DNA of 64,000 nt from Bacteroidota bacterium (GCA_009909035.1 JAAAOB010000172.1:3721-67720); one strand, 5' to 3'; numbered from the stretch's first letter, positions 10,452 to 20,170 are shown. Translations and numbers: made by a program. Notes: a model not told the origin generated them from the letters alone.

Positions 10452-10967
10452 CTACCAATTGCTGACGGCATCGTTAAATGCATTGTTGGCAATCTGCTGA
10501 AGAGCCTCCTCAGCAGCCTCTATTTCACCGTCTACGGGATTTTCGCGAACATTATATGTTGCCCTGCCGGTAAATGATTTGCTGTACTCAGGTTCTTCGC
10601 TGTTGGCAAACTGGAACGTAGCCCGCACAACAATCTCTATTTCGTTCAGGTTGGCCTGTTCATCACCGCCCACACTAAAGGGCCGGTTGCGGTAAGACTG
10701 TATACGGCCCTCCATCCATGAGTCGGCACCGTCGCGGTCTGTATCGAGGGACAGGCGGCTTTGGTTGATAAATCGATTAATCAGCGCATTGTTCAGGCGG
10801 TCACTCAGGTCTCCCAAACCACTTTGTGTATTATCCGGGAAAAAGGGAATATGTATGGTGCGCACATCGGCAGGAATACTGGCACCGGTAAAACTGTACT
10901 GAATACAGGCAGACAGGAACAGCAGAGCGGCAACAGAGGCAATCACCGGGAGTTTACTGTAGTTCAT
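10452..10967 (-). CDS. lptE: LptE-family LPS assembly lipoprotein
   Basis: Lipobox LSAC followed by YSFTGASIP..VRTIHIPFF. The start is the ATG at 10967, overlapping the upstream gene's end. Confidence 0.75.
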   Translation of the reverse strand: MNYSKLPVIASVAALLFLSACIQYSFTGASIPADVRTIHIPFFPDNTQSGLGDLSDRLNNALINRFINQSRLSLDTDRDGADSWMEGRIQSYRNRPFSVGGDEQANLNEIEIVVRATFQFANSEEPEYSKSFTGRATYNVRENPVDGEIEAAEEALQQIANNAFNDAVSNW

Positions 10968-12240
10968 ACTGGTCCAGTTTTCTGTACAATGTTCGTTCAC
11001 TAACGCCGAGAGCCTGTGAAGCTTTTCGGCGATTCCCTTCAAATTTTTTGAGAGCTTGCTGTATGAGGAATTTTTCCGCTTTTTCGATGGATGGAATTTC
11101 ATCGTCGTTAAAAAAGGAATCCACGCTCTCCTCGTCAGTTTCTTCATCGTCCTCCGGCTCCATGGAACGAACACCAAGGCTCTCTTCTCCCTGTTTATTG
11201 GTATAAATCGAAATGTCGTTCGGATCGAAATCGCGGGGCATCGCTTCAGGCAGCGCCTTGATCTCCTTTGAACTGAATGAAGAGTAGAGAAACTTGGCCA
11301 GCATTTTTTTCAGGTCCGATAAATCCGTTCTCATCTCAACCAGCGCCCGGTATATTAATGTGGGGTCATGAGCGGCCGAGGATTTAAATTCTTTATCCTC
11401 CCCCGATTTTTGCTCATTTGCGGCCACTACCGGCAGGTTGTCGGCCGAGCCCTGGTGCTGACGGCCTTTCAGATATTTCTGAAGCCGCTCTTTATCGATG
11501 AACTGCGATTTTTCAAGGACTACAAGCTGTTCAGCCACATTTTTTAGTTCGCGAACATTTCCAGGCCATCGGTAGGAAACCAAGAGTTCGCGGGCTTCAT
11601 CTGAAAAGCCTTTGAATACAGAGTCGTACTTAGATGAAAATTCTGTTACGAATTTTCGAAAGATAGGAATCACGTCTTCTTGCCGTTCTCGAAGGGGCGG
11701 GAGCTTAATTTTTACCGTATCAAGCCTGTAGTAGAGATCTTCGCGGAAATTTCCTTCATTTACCTCTTCCCAAAGATCTTTATTTGTTGCGGCTATGATA
11801 CGTACATCCGACGTATACATTTTGCTTGATCCAACGCGGAAAAATTCACCGTTTTCAAGGACCCGGAGAAGTTTTACCTGGATATTTTTCGGCGTATCGG
11901 CAATTTCATCAAGGAAAATGGTGCCGTTATGTGCCTTTTCAAAATATCCTTTACGAGCTTCGTGGGCCCCGGTGAAGGCTCCCTTTTCATGTCCAAAAAG
12001 TTCGCTTTCAATGATTCCTTCGGGGATGGCTCCACAGTTCACAATCACAAGATCGGCGTTTTTCCTGTCGCTGATGGAGTGAATGGCTCGTGCGGTGACA
12101 TCTTTCCCCGTGCCGCTTTCGCCCTGCAGAAGAACGGTAATATCGGTCTTGGCTATCTGCATAACCTTATCCACAACCTGTTTAATTGCGGGAGATTCTC
12201 CGTTTAATCCGAAGCGTTCTTGTAGTGCTTGTCTGTCCAT
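10954..12240 (-). CDS. Sigma-54-dependent transcriptional activator (AAA+ and Fis HTH, no receiver domain)
   Basis: Walker A GESGTGKD, GAFTGA, Walker B FLDEI, FREDLYYRL, WPGNVREL, and HTH GNRRKASQALGVSERTLYRK. Confidence 0.92.
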   Translation of the reverse strand: MDRQALQERFGLNGESPAIKQVVDKVMQIAKTDITVLLQGESGTGKDVTARAIHSISDRKNADLVIVNCGAIPEGIIESELFGHEKGAFTGAHEARKGYFEKAHNGTIFLDEIADTPKNIQVKLLRVLENGEFFRVGSSKMYTSDVRIIAATNKDLWEEVNEGNFREDLYYRLDTVKIKLPPLRERQEDVIPIFRKFVTEFSSKYDSVFKGFSDEARELLVSYRWPGNVRELKNVAEQLVVLEKSQFIDKERLQKYLKGRQHQGSADNLPVVAANEQKSGEDKEFKSSAAHDPTLIYRALVEMRTDLSDLKKMLAKFLYSSFSSKEIKALPEAMPRDFDPNDISIYTNKQGEESLGVRSMEPEDDEETDEESVDSFFNDDEIPSIEKAEKFLIQQALKKFEGNRRKASQALGVSERTLYRKLDQYELQ

Positions 12241-12309
12241 ATGTGGTTTCATTATGATGAACTGAAAAATAAGAAAGAATGAGTTCTTACCATAAAAGGA
12301 AATGACGTT

Positions 12310-14151
12310 TTGTCAGAATTCAGTATTGGTTCTGGCTTTACTTTAATTGAAAAAGATTGTTTGTTGATGAATTATTCTAAAACACCTGACAAAAGCTATA
12401 TGAGTTATCCACGTTTCAGTACATCTTTTAAAACGGCTGCTGCAAACCATTTTGAAAAAATATACGGCAAAGAAAAGGTTTCCTACTGCCTTGACGAGAC
12501 GCACAGGCTGTTCGAGGAGTACAATATAAACCCTTCGGACAATAACACCTCTGTACGGGATGTGTGGTCGCATAAAGATCAAATCCTGATAACCTATGGG
12601 GATATGGTTCGGCCGGAAGAGGGAGAGCCGGTATCGAAGCTTCATAAACAGCACACTTTCCTGAACGAATACCTGAAAGGGTATATTTCAACTGTCCATA
12701 TTCTTCCGTTTTATCCAAGTTCGTCCGATGATGGATTTTCAGTTGTCGACTATAAAGGCGTGGACACCCGCATGGGCGGCTGGGACGACATTGAGGCGAT
12801 GAGCAAAGACTTCAGGCTGATGGGTGATTTGGTGATGAACCATACATCGCGCCACAGCAGCTGGTTTAAAAAATATCTTAAAAACAAAGAACCCTACACC
12901 GGGTATTTTATTGAGGTGGATCCATCAACCGATGTAAGTGCGGTCACGCGTCCCCGGAGTACACCATTATTGACGCCGGTGCACACGGAAGATGGCGAGA
13001 AGTTTGTCTGGACAACATTCAGTGATGACCAGATTGATGTAAACTTTTCGAACCCGGATCTGCTCTTCCGTTATATTGATATCTTCCTGTTATATCTGCA
13101 GGAAGGACTTTCGGTGATCCGCCTGGATGCGGTTGCCTACATCTGGAAAGAGATTGGAACCTCCTGTATCCATCTGCCACAGACGCACGAAATTGTTAAA
13201 CTGATGCGGACAATCGTTGATCACTATGCACCAGAAACGACGCTGATTACGGAGACAAACGTTCCGCACAAAGAGAACATCAGTTATTTTGGTGATGGTG
13301 ACGAAACACACATGGTATACCAATTCAGTCTGCCACCTCTCTTGCTGCATGCCATCTTAACGGAAAATGCCTTCTATTTAACAAGCTGGGCAAAATCACT
13401 AAAGAACCTTCCGGAGAACTGTACCTATTTCAATTTTACATCGTCTCATGACGGAATCGGGGTTCGCCCCCTGGAGGGACTGGTTCCTGATGAGGAGTTC
13501 AATGCGCTGGTTGAGGGAATGAAGAAACGGGGAGGGTTTGTATCGGAAAAACAGAATCCCGACGGCACGTTAAGCCCGTACGAGCTGAATATTACATATT
13601 TTGACGCCTTTTCAGATTATAACGGCTCTCAGAGCTACCAGGAAAAGCGGTATATCTGCTCGCAAATTATCATGTTAAGCCTGCAGGGTGTACCGGGAAT
13701 CTATTTTCATAACCTGACGGCATCGAGAAACAATGTGCGCGGTGTAAAAATTACCGGACGGTACAGAACCATTAACCGGAAGAAATGGAGCTACAAAGAA
13801 CTTGTCGATTCTCTGAATGATCCGGACACAAATACCTACAGAATTTTTAACAGGTACAAGGAGATCCTCAGCAAACGAAATGAGCATGCGGCGTTCCATC
13901 CATTTGGAACTCAAACGGTTTATGACGTCGACTCCGATCTTTTTTGCATTGAGCGCAGGGATCCCGATGGAATGGAGCGAATTGTTGTGGCCGCCAATTT
14001 AACCAGCAAGATAAAAGAGCTTGAACTGCAGGATCAACATCTGCCGTTCGAAGTCAATAAAACCTACGGCGATATTTTATCAGAAAAGAAATGTATTGTG
14101 AACGGCGTGCTCTACCTCAAGCCATTCCAGGTGGCCTGGATTATGCTTTGA
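12310..14151 (+). CDS. GH13_18 sugar phosphorylase, most likely glucosylglycerate phosphorylase (YcjM-like)
   Basis: HILPFYP.SSDDGFSV, nucleophile RLDAV, acid/base ITETNV, SHDGIG and loop-A PYELN. The TETN and YELN signatures are typical of glucosylglycerate phosphorylases, whereas sucrose phosphorylases have YQxN. The real start is probably a downstream ATG. Confidence 0.8.
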   Translation: MSEFSIGSGFTLIEKDCLLMNYSKTPDKSYMSYPRFSTSFKTAAANHFEKIYGKEKVSYCLDETHRLFEEYNINPSDNNTSVRDVWSHKDQILITYGDMVRPEEGEPVSKLHKQHTFLNEYLKGYISTVHILPFYPSSSDDGFSVVDYKGVDTRMGGWDDIEAMSKDFRLMGDLVMNHTSRHSSWFKKYLKNKEPYTGYFIEVDPSTDVSAVTRPRSTPLLTPVHTEDGEKFVWTTFSDDQIDVNFSNPDLLFRYIDIFLLYLQEGLSVIRLDAVAYIWKEIGTSCIHLPQTHEIVKLMRTIVDHYAPETTLITETNVPHKENISYFGDGDETHMVYQFSLPPLLLHAILTENAFYLTSWAKSLKNLPENCTYFNFTSSHDGIGVRPLEGLVPDEEFNALVEGMKKRGGFVSEKQNPDGTLSPYELNITYFDAFSDYNGSQSYQEKRYICSQIIMLSLQGVPGIYFHNLTASRNNVRGVKITGRYRTINRKKWSYKELVDSLNDPDTNTYRIFNRYKEILSKRNEHAAFHPFGTQTVYDVDSDLFCIERRDPDGMERIVVAANLTSKIKELELQDQHLPFEVNKTYGDILSEKKCIVNGVLYLKPFQVAWIML

Positions 14152-14179
14152 GATCCCGCCTGCGGGCTGCTACTCGATT

Positions 14180-15079
14180 CTACAAGCAGTCGACCAGCTG
14201 GTACAACTCTGTAATAACAAGGTCCGGTTTGAGATTTTTTGTCCTTGCGTCTTCTTTTCGCCATTTCAGTGAACGTAAATCACCCGCAAACAGCGCGGTT
14301 TTCATTCCAACGTGGTTTGCGGGATAGACATCTTTCAGCATGTCATTGCCCACGTATAGGTACTCGCCAGGTTGAATGGAGGGATGGCTTTTTTTGGCTT
14401 TATCAAGGAAACGTTCGTAAAAAAGCAGGCCGGGTTTCTTCATGTTTTCTTCAAAAGACCAATGGAGCAGCCTCGTATCGAATCCAAGTGCACGGAGCGG
14501 GGAATCCGCAAGGGCTTCAAAAGCTATCGGCGTGTAAAACTGCGAGTTTGAAATGATGCCTAAATCCAACTTTCTCTGTTTCAGGGCGTGGAGCGTATCC
14601 TTCATATCAGGCATGGGCCACACGGGATTCATGCGGGCCTCAAATTCCACAGCCATGCGGTCGTGGTGATCAGCTGTTGTTGCGGTTTCAATTAAATCCT
14701 CAGCATACATCTGGTTCAGGACATTTCGCCACACCGTTCGAATATCGGGCTCGGGGTAGGGAATGCCGCTTGCTTTTATTTCCTGGATTTGATCTGTCAC
14801 AACCTTGCTGTAGATATCGTATCCGCGTTCACCTGCGGTAGAATCGCTGACGTGAATATTCGACCCTTTAAGCGCGCTCAGGAGAAGAGATGCGTCCGAT
14901 TTCCCGTCATCAATGCCAATATCGCCAACCCCGGAGATGAACAGGGTGCCGTAAAAGTCGAAGATGACGGCTTTAATTCCATCCAGTGGCTTCAGAACGG
15001 GGTCTACCCCGGTTTCTTCCGGCTCAAGCTGAGATGACAGGGTTTTGAAACGCTCTTTCAGGGTGGCTGTGTCGGTCAT
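14180..15079 (-). CDS. HAD-superfamily hydrolase, probable glucosyl-3-phosphoglycerate phosphatase
   Basis: Motifs FDFYGTL, ISNS, KKP and YVGNDMLKDV. Its ATG overlaps the gpgS stop (ATGA). Confidence 0.7.
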   Translation of the reverse strand: MTDTATLKERFKTLSSQLEPEETGVDPVLKPLDGIKAVIFDFYGTLFISGVGDIGIDDGKSDASLLLSALKGSNIHVSDSTAGERGYDIYSKVVTDQIQEIKASGIPYPEPDIRTVWRNVLNQMYAEDLIETATTADHHDRMAVEFEARMNPVWPMPDMKDTLHALKQRKLDLGIISNSQFYTPIAFEALADSPLRALGFDTRLLHWSFEENMKKPGLLFYERFLDKAKKSHPSIQPGEYLYVGNDMLKDVYPANHVGMKTALFAGDLRSLKWRKEDARTKNLKPDLVITELYQLVDCL

Positions 15080-16056
15080 GGTTTCTTTCTGCCAAATTTT
15101 TTGCGATACTCTTCAATTTCGATCATTGGCGGCCGCTCCTCTTCAACAATGGATATTTCATTTTGCTGATACTGGCTTTTGGTAACCTGGAACTGTCGTA
15201 GAATTGTTTCGTGATCCACATTTTCAAACTTTCCAAGTGCCTGTGCCCGTTTTAAAAACGTCTGGAGTATTCCGAACGACATCTTGCCCAGCGAGATGGT
15301 TGGTTTATTTTCGTGAACGCGTTTATCGAGATCGGTTTGGGCAAACGCCTCCAGGCCAAATTTGTGATGCACATCAATCAGGTGGGATGTTTCAACCCCG
15401 TATCCGATCGGAAAGGCGATCTGTTCAAGGACCTCACGTCGCACGGCATACTCACCGGAAAGGGGCTGAATAATGGTTGTTAATTCCGGAAAAAAGAGGG
15501 AGAAGAGGGGGCGGACCAGGATCTCCGTTACACGGCCCCCGCCGGAGTTGCGCACACCGCCGGAAACAGCCAGCGGCCGGTCGTAGAACGCCTTCACATA
15601 TTTGACCTCTTCACGGTAGATCAGCGGTGCCACGAGCCCGTAAACAAACCGCGGATGGATGTTGCTGATGTCGGCATCAACATAGACAATGATATCGCCT
15701 TTCAGCTGGTGGATCGCTTTCCACAAATTCTCTCCCTTTCCCATTTTTGGTTCCAGCCTTGGAAGAATATCGGCCGAGAGGTATGTATCTGCGCCGTAGG
15801 TTTCAGCTACTTTCAGCGTATCATCTTCCGATCCGGAGTCTATAACGGCAATCTCGTCCAGCAGGGGGTACCGATTTACGAGCTCCGACTTGAAAAGAAT
15901 AACCTCCTTCCCGATGGTTTTCTCTTCGTTCAGTGTTGGCAGGCAGAGGGATATCGTTAGGTTATTTTTCTCTTTGGTTTCCACCAGTTTTTTGAGATCC
16001 CAGAATTGGGAGTGGTGATAGGTATTTTTATCGATCCATTGTTGAAGATTATTCAC
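15076..16056 (-). CDS. gpgS: Glucosyl-3-phosphoglycerate synthase (GT81)
   Basis: LPTLNEEKTIG, DSGSED, GKGENLWK, DAD, VKAFYDRP, GGGRVTEILVRP, QPLSGEYA and GYGVE. A GTG start at 16056 overlaps the upstream stop. Confidence 0.9.
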   Translation of the reverse strand: MNNLQQWIDKNTYHHSQFWDLKKLVETKEKNNLTISLCLPTLNEEKTIGKEVILFKSELVNRYPLLDEIAVIDSGSEDDTLKVAETYGADTYLSADILPRLEPKMGKGENLWKAIHQLKGDIIVYVDADISNIHPRFVYGLVAPLIYREEVKYVKAFYDRPLAVSGGVRNSGGGRVTEILVRPLFSLFFPELTTIIQPLSGEYAVRREVLEQIAFPIGYGVETSHLIDVHHKFGLEAFAQTDLDKRVHENKPTISLGKMSFGILQTFLKRAQALGKFENVDHETILRQFQVTKSQYQQNEISIVEEERPPMIEIEEYRKKFGRKKP

Positions 16057-17206
16057 AGAATCCTCCGTCAGTAGCAATTAGTATTCCAATGATTTGTGCA
16101 AGGCCTTTATAGATCGGTTCGATCTGTACAGATTCGTCCATCTTATGGATGCGGTCACCGGAGGTGATGCCGAGGGTAAGTGCGGGAATATCTTTATCAA
16201 TCAGGGCGGCCAGCTCGGATGTGCTGGGAGCCAGACGCGGCTCAATGTTGAGCGTATTCATCACCTGCCGCGCGCACTTGTTCATGGGGTGGGCATAAGG
16301 TATACCGCCCGGACGCCGGCGGGCAAAAATATCGAGTTCCACTTCATCCCCGGTTTTAGACGCCACCTCTTTTGCGATATCCTTGATGGTTCGTCCTACA
16401 TCGTCCACTACTTCCTCCGATTCGGAGCGTACTTCGAAACCGAGTGTGGCCTCTTTGGCAATGGTATTGAACGATGACCCGCCGGATATCGACCCCATCA
16501 CCACACTTGTGCGGGGGCGTTTGGGCAGCCGGATGTCGTTAATCTTGTTGATGACCTCATTGAGCGTGAGGATGGCACTGGCATCACCAAAGCGCGACCA
16601 GTCGTAAGACTCCGGAACTTTACATGTGATCTCTCCACGGATCATTCCAATGGATGTATAGCTGAGGCGTCCGAGTTCCACCCCCTCAATGCAGAGCGCG
16701 TGCGATATATCGAAATTATGGTTATCCAGGAAAAACCGAATCCCTTCAAGATCTCCGCGGCCAAGACTTTTTACCCCGCCAAACAGAACAAGATTGTTTC
16801 GTAAGGTAATATCGAGCTGTTGCAGAATATAGGGGATGGTTGCAAGTACCCCCAGGCCAAGGCTGTTATCGGCCACTCCCGGTCCGGTAATTTTGTCTGA
16901 TGTCACTTGCATGGTGTGATCTACTTTTGATGAAAACACCGTATCTGCATGAGCGTTCAGTAATATCGAGTGTTCGCCCTCCTCACCCTCCAGAACGCCG
17001 ATCCCGTTCCCGCAGTCATCAATCGAACTTTCCGAAAGACCGGCCTCATTAAACCTGTTAAGCAAAAATTCAATTCGTTCATTTTCTCCCGATGTGGGGG
17101 CGGGAATTTCCCCGGCCATTACAAGATTGGCAAGCAGGATTTCCCTGAACGGTTTTAGTTGATCCTGTAGTTCGTGGAGTGAACCGATGACGGTTTGTAA
17201 GCTCAT
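16049..17206 (-). CDS. M20/M25/M40-fold metallopeptidase-like protein lacking the catalytic EE motif
   Basis: AHADTVF, GPGVADN, CIEG, dimerisation domain (ISGGSSFNTIA...EVRS) and C-terminal IHKMDE are present. VKSLGRGDLEG stands where GEEGLGDL is expected. Confidence 0.75.
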   Translation of the reverse strand: MSLQTVIGSLHELQDQLKPFREILLANLVMAGEIPAPTSGENERIEFLLNRFNEAGLSESSIDDCGNGIGVLEGEEGEHSILLNAHADTVFSSKVDHTMQVTSDKITGPGVADNSLGLGVLATIPYILQQLDITLRNNLVLFGGVKSLGRGDLEGIRFFLDNHNFDISHALCIEGVELGRLSYTSIGMIRGEITCKVPESYDWSRFGDASAILTLNEVINKINDIRLPKRPRTSVVMGSISGGSSFNTIAKEATLGFEVRSESEEVVDDVGRTIKDIAKEVASKTGDEVELDIFARRRPGGIPYAHPMNKCARQVMNTLNIEPRLAPSTSELAALIDKDIPALTLGITSGDRIHKMDESVQIEPIYKGLAQIIGILIATDGGFCE

Positions 17207-17450
17207 AAAATCAGAGAATTGATGATCATTAAGTTCCAGCGGCTGGATTGGGAAAGAAAAATGTAATCAATCTTTAATATAATGAAAACTATTAACGTAA
17301 ATCGTTTATTCCTGTTAAGATTCTGTGAACTCCCGCCGGCAAGAGAGAAATACCGGACGCTCTGAAGAATTTTCCTTAGAAGCCGATAAGTAGTATGAAG
17401 ATCACCCTAAAGAAAGATCAGCTCACGTCACTATTCTTATCTAATTAAAA

Positions 17451-17481
17451 TGTAACCGTGGCTCAAGTTAATCGTCATATC
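17451..17481 (+). promoter_or_regulatory. ECF sigma promoter, likely autoregulatory
   Basis: TGTAACC-N14-TCGTCATATC. The same boxes and spacing recur at 19197-19227. Confidence 0.7.
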
Positions 17482-17537
17482 CCCGGGAAATACGTACGGG
17501 ACGAGAAGTTACTGCGTGCAATGTATTGTGTAGCAGT

Positions 17538-18104
17538 ATGAAAAAATCCCAAAGCGATTCCGAGATTATTGCATCAATACTGGATGGGAAACCGGAGATG
17601 TACCGGGTTCTGGTAAAGAAGTATTCGCCGATGGTTTTTCACCTTATACGATCGTTTGAACAAAATGAGGAGGAGGTTAAGGGAATGGCACAGGACATTT
17701 TCGTAAAAACATATACAAAGCTTGGGTCTTTTGAGGACCGCTCAAAATTTTCTACCTGGATCTACTCTCTTGCATTAAATTACTGCCGGGATTATGCAAA
17801 AAATATCCGGAGGAAAACCTATCGCTTTGGTGAGCTGGAGGAATCATTTATCGACGACATAATGAGCGATGCCCCGCAGCCGGATGAATTCTTAGAGCAG
17901 AGGGAAACGGAGGGAGAACTGCTCAGGGTAATCAACAAACTGCCGCCGGAACAGTCAGCACCACTTCTGATGAAGTATAGAGATGGTATGAGCTACAAGG
18001 CGATTTCGGAGCAGACCGGCGTATCGGAATCGGCACTAAAAGTACGATTGTACCGCGCCCGGCTGGAGCTTCAGCGAGATCTTAAAAAAGAGGTTTTGAA
18101 ATGA
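17538..18104 (+). CDS. ECF RNA polymerase sigma-70 factor
   Basis: Region 2 AQDIFVK...SKFSTWIYSLALNYCRD and region 4 LLMKYRDGMSYKAISEQTGVSESALKVRLYRAR. Confidence 0.9.
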   Translation: MKKSQSDSEIIASILDGKPEMYRVLVKKYSPMVFHLIRSFEQNEEEVKGMAQDIFVKTYTKLGSFEDRSKFSTWIYSLALNYCRDYAKNIRRKTYRFGELEESFIDDIMSDAPQPDEFLEQRETEGELLRVINKLPPEQSAPLLMKYRDGMSYKAISEQTGVSESALKVRLYRARLELQRDLKKEVLK

Positions 18105-18367
18105 GCTACCTGAATACCGATGATCCACTGGAACGTTTAGAACAGTTTCTGGAAGGCAATCTCACACCTGATGAGGAGCAGCAGATGCTGCATATGATCG
18201 CGGATAATGGCGAAATGAGAGATCTGCTGCGGCTCGAATACAGGCTGCGGCATGGCTTTCGTAATACTGCGGATTCGAACTCTTTTTCCGTACCGGGAGG
18301 TTTTACCGATGAGGTCATGGCCTGTCTTGACCGGCTCGGGGATCGTTCGGTGCAGAAAAACAGCTGA
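18101..18367 (+). pseudogene. Anti-sigma factor N-terminal fragment, truncated
   Basis: ATGA overlap with the sigma gene. It has an anti-sigma-like N-terminus (LEQFLEGNLTPDEE...VPGGFTDEVM) but stops at 88 aa with no TM helix. Confidence 0.5.
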
Positions 18368-18674
18368 TTTGATCTGCTGAGCCGTTTTGGAACTGGCCAG
18401 GGTATGCCGCTGAAGGCAGTGTTGGCTATCTGCAGATTCAATTTCTGATGACAGAAACAGCTGGGGAGGATCGTTCGGCACAGCCCGTCTTCAGTTTAAA
18501 TTGACCGGGTCAGTCTCTGCCGGGGTGGAAGCCAGGGGAAGCCGTATGACGTCTGAATTTCGTAAACAGTCGGTTTTGGTTCTGCATGAGTTTCGGTGGT
18601 TGCCTTCGATGTTTGCATGTATTTAAGCCCGTGGGGGCTCTATTTTCTGAGAATCCCGGTTTAGAGAAGATCTG

Positions 18675-19148
18675 GTGCGTGCGAGCCTAAAATCGTTAAC
18701 TCAGCAGGTGCCTCAACATACAATAGAATCTCTGCTGGATGAGCTCGGAGATCCGGCTCTTTTGGAGAATACATCCTTGCAGGTAGTTCCGGCTGCCGTT
18801 GGAATACTTCCGGATATGCCGGCCTCAATGCAAAATGAAGCCGGAATTCAAACCGTGATTTCAAAAGCGGTCCGGGGCGGATTCTCTCCCGCGGATATTC
18901 AAAAGTTGCCGGGTGCAATGAATGCAGCTGAACGGAGAAGTCAGCTGGGGGCTGCATCCATCCTGGACGGCGTATCAAATCAGCTTGGCAGCGGCACACC
19001 GGCGAACCAGGTACTTCAAAATTTATTTAATGGAAATATCACCGGCGGTCCGCCGGCTGATATACCGGGTCGCCCCAATAATCGTCCCGGCGGAAGGCCG
19101 GATAAAGGCCAGGGCCAGGGTAACGGCGGCCCTCCAAAACCGCTGTGA
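18675..19148 (+). pseudogene. Probable C-terminal remnant of a hypothetical protein with a Gly/Pro-rich tail
   Basis: Protein-like helical ORF with a GTG start and no signal peptide, preceded by ~300 bp of broken frames. It ends GPPADIPGRPNNRPGGRPDKGQGQGNGGPP. Confidence 0.4.
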
Positions 19149-19196
19149 GAACCAGTGATAGGACAAAAAAAAACATTAAAAAAAATTAATATTTCT

Positions 19197-19227
19197 TGTA
19201 ACCTCACCCTGTTTCAGTCGTCATATC
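19197..19227 (+). promoter_or_regulatory. ECF sigma promoter upstream of the DUF4382 gene
   Basis: TGTAACC-N14-TCGTCATATC, matching the motif at 17451, and preceded by an A-rich UP-like tract. Confidence 0.7.
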
Positions 19228-19270
19228 ACCGCACAACACGTAAACATATCATGTACAAACGAGGTTTATT

Positions 19271-20091
19271 ATGAGCATTCAATTTAATTCAAGACACTTT
19301 TATTAACCATTATAACCGCCTCCCTGCTGATTTGGGGATGTGAATCATCGTTAGACTCCACGTCGGATACCGGAACGGGGGGGATGGTTGTGAAGCTTCA
19401 TGACGCACCGGCCATCTATGACGAGGTAAATATTTCTGTGGCGAGAGTGGAGGTCAATAACACCGCAAACGAAGATGAAGGCTGGACCGTGATCAGCGAA
19501 CCGAATCAAACGTACGATATCCTGGAACTTGTGAATGGCGACTTTGCCGTTCTGGCCGATGTAGAGCTGGAAGCAGGAACCTACGAACAGATTCGGCTTA
19601 TACTGAATGATGAGAACACCGTCGTTATAAATGGTGAAACGTTCGATCTGTTTGTGCCAAGCGGCGCACAAACCGGGTTGAAACTGAACATTGATGCTGA
19701 AATACGTGAAGGAATCGTGTATACGTTACTTCTCGATTTTGATGCCAATCGTTCCGTTGTGCCTCGAGGCTCCACAGGGCTTTTCAACTTGAAGCCGGTG
19801 GTTCGCGCTACCAATGAGGCCGTTACAGGAAATATTTCCGGGACGGTGCTGCAGGCTGAAGCCCGTGCGGCCGTATTCGCTATCAGCGGTACAGATACAC
19901 TGTCAACCACATTTGCCGATACCACATCCGGTGAATTTACGCTGGTTGGACTCGAAGAAGGGCCATACACGGTTTCCGTTGATCCCCGGGAAGGTGGATT
20001 TGAGTCGAACTCTGTGGAAGATGTTAGTGTGACGGTTGGTGAAGTTAATAATATCGGTGAGATAGAACTGAGTGCCTCTGGAACTGAGTAA
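19271..20091 (+). CDS. DUF4382-domain lipoprotein with a carboxypeptidase-regulatory-like C-terminal domain; 1-nt frameshift in the signal peptide
   Basis: VKLHDAP...YEQIRLIL...PSGAQTGLKL...LLDFDANRSV...LKPVVR is DUF4382-like. The lipobox IWGC is in frame upstream of 19384, but the ATG at 19271 is out of frame by one base. Confidence 0.72.
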
Positions 20092-20135
20092 ACGAGTAGC
20101 TTAGATTTCAGAGCAGGAGGTTCGAATAACGAAAG

Positions 20136-20170
20136 ACCCGGATTCAGAAATGGAGCCGGGTTTTTTATTT
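20136..20170 (+). terminator. Rho-independent terminator
   Basis: CCCGGATTCA-GAAA-TGGAGCCGGG followed by TTTTTTATTT. Confidence 0.75.

Noticed and set aside
10968-11177. Long N-terminal extension of the lptE ORF (similar extensions on pgsA, rsbW and the 38343 ORF)
   Set aside because: These are ORF-caller extensions overlapping neighbouring genes or intergenic DNA; signal peptides and motifs indicate downstream starts.
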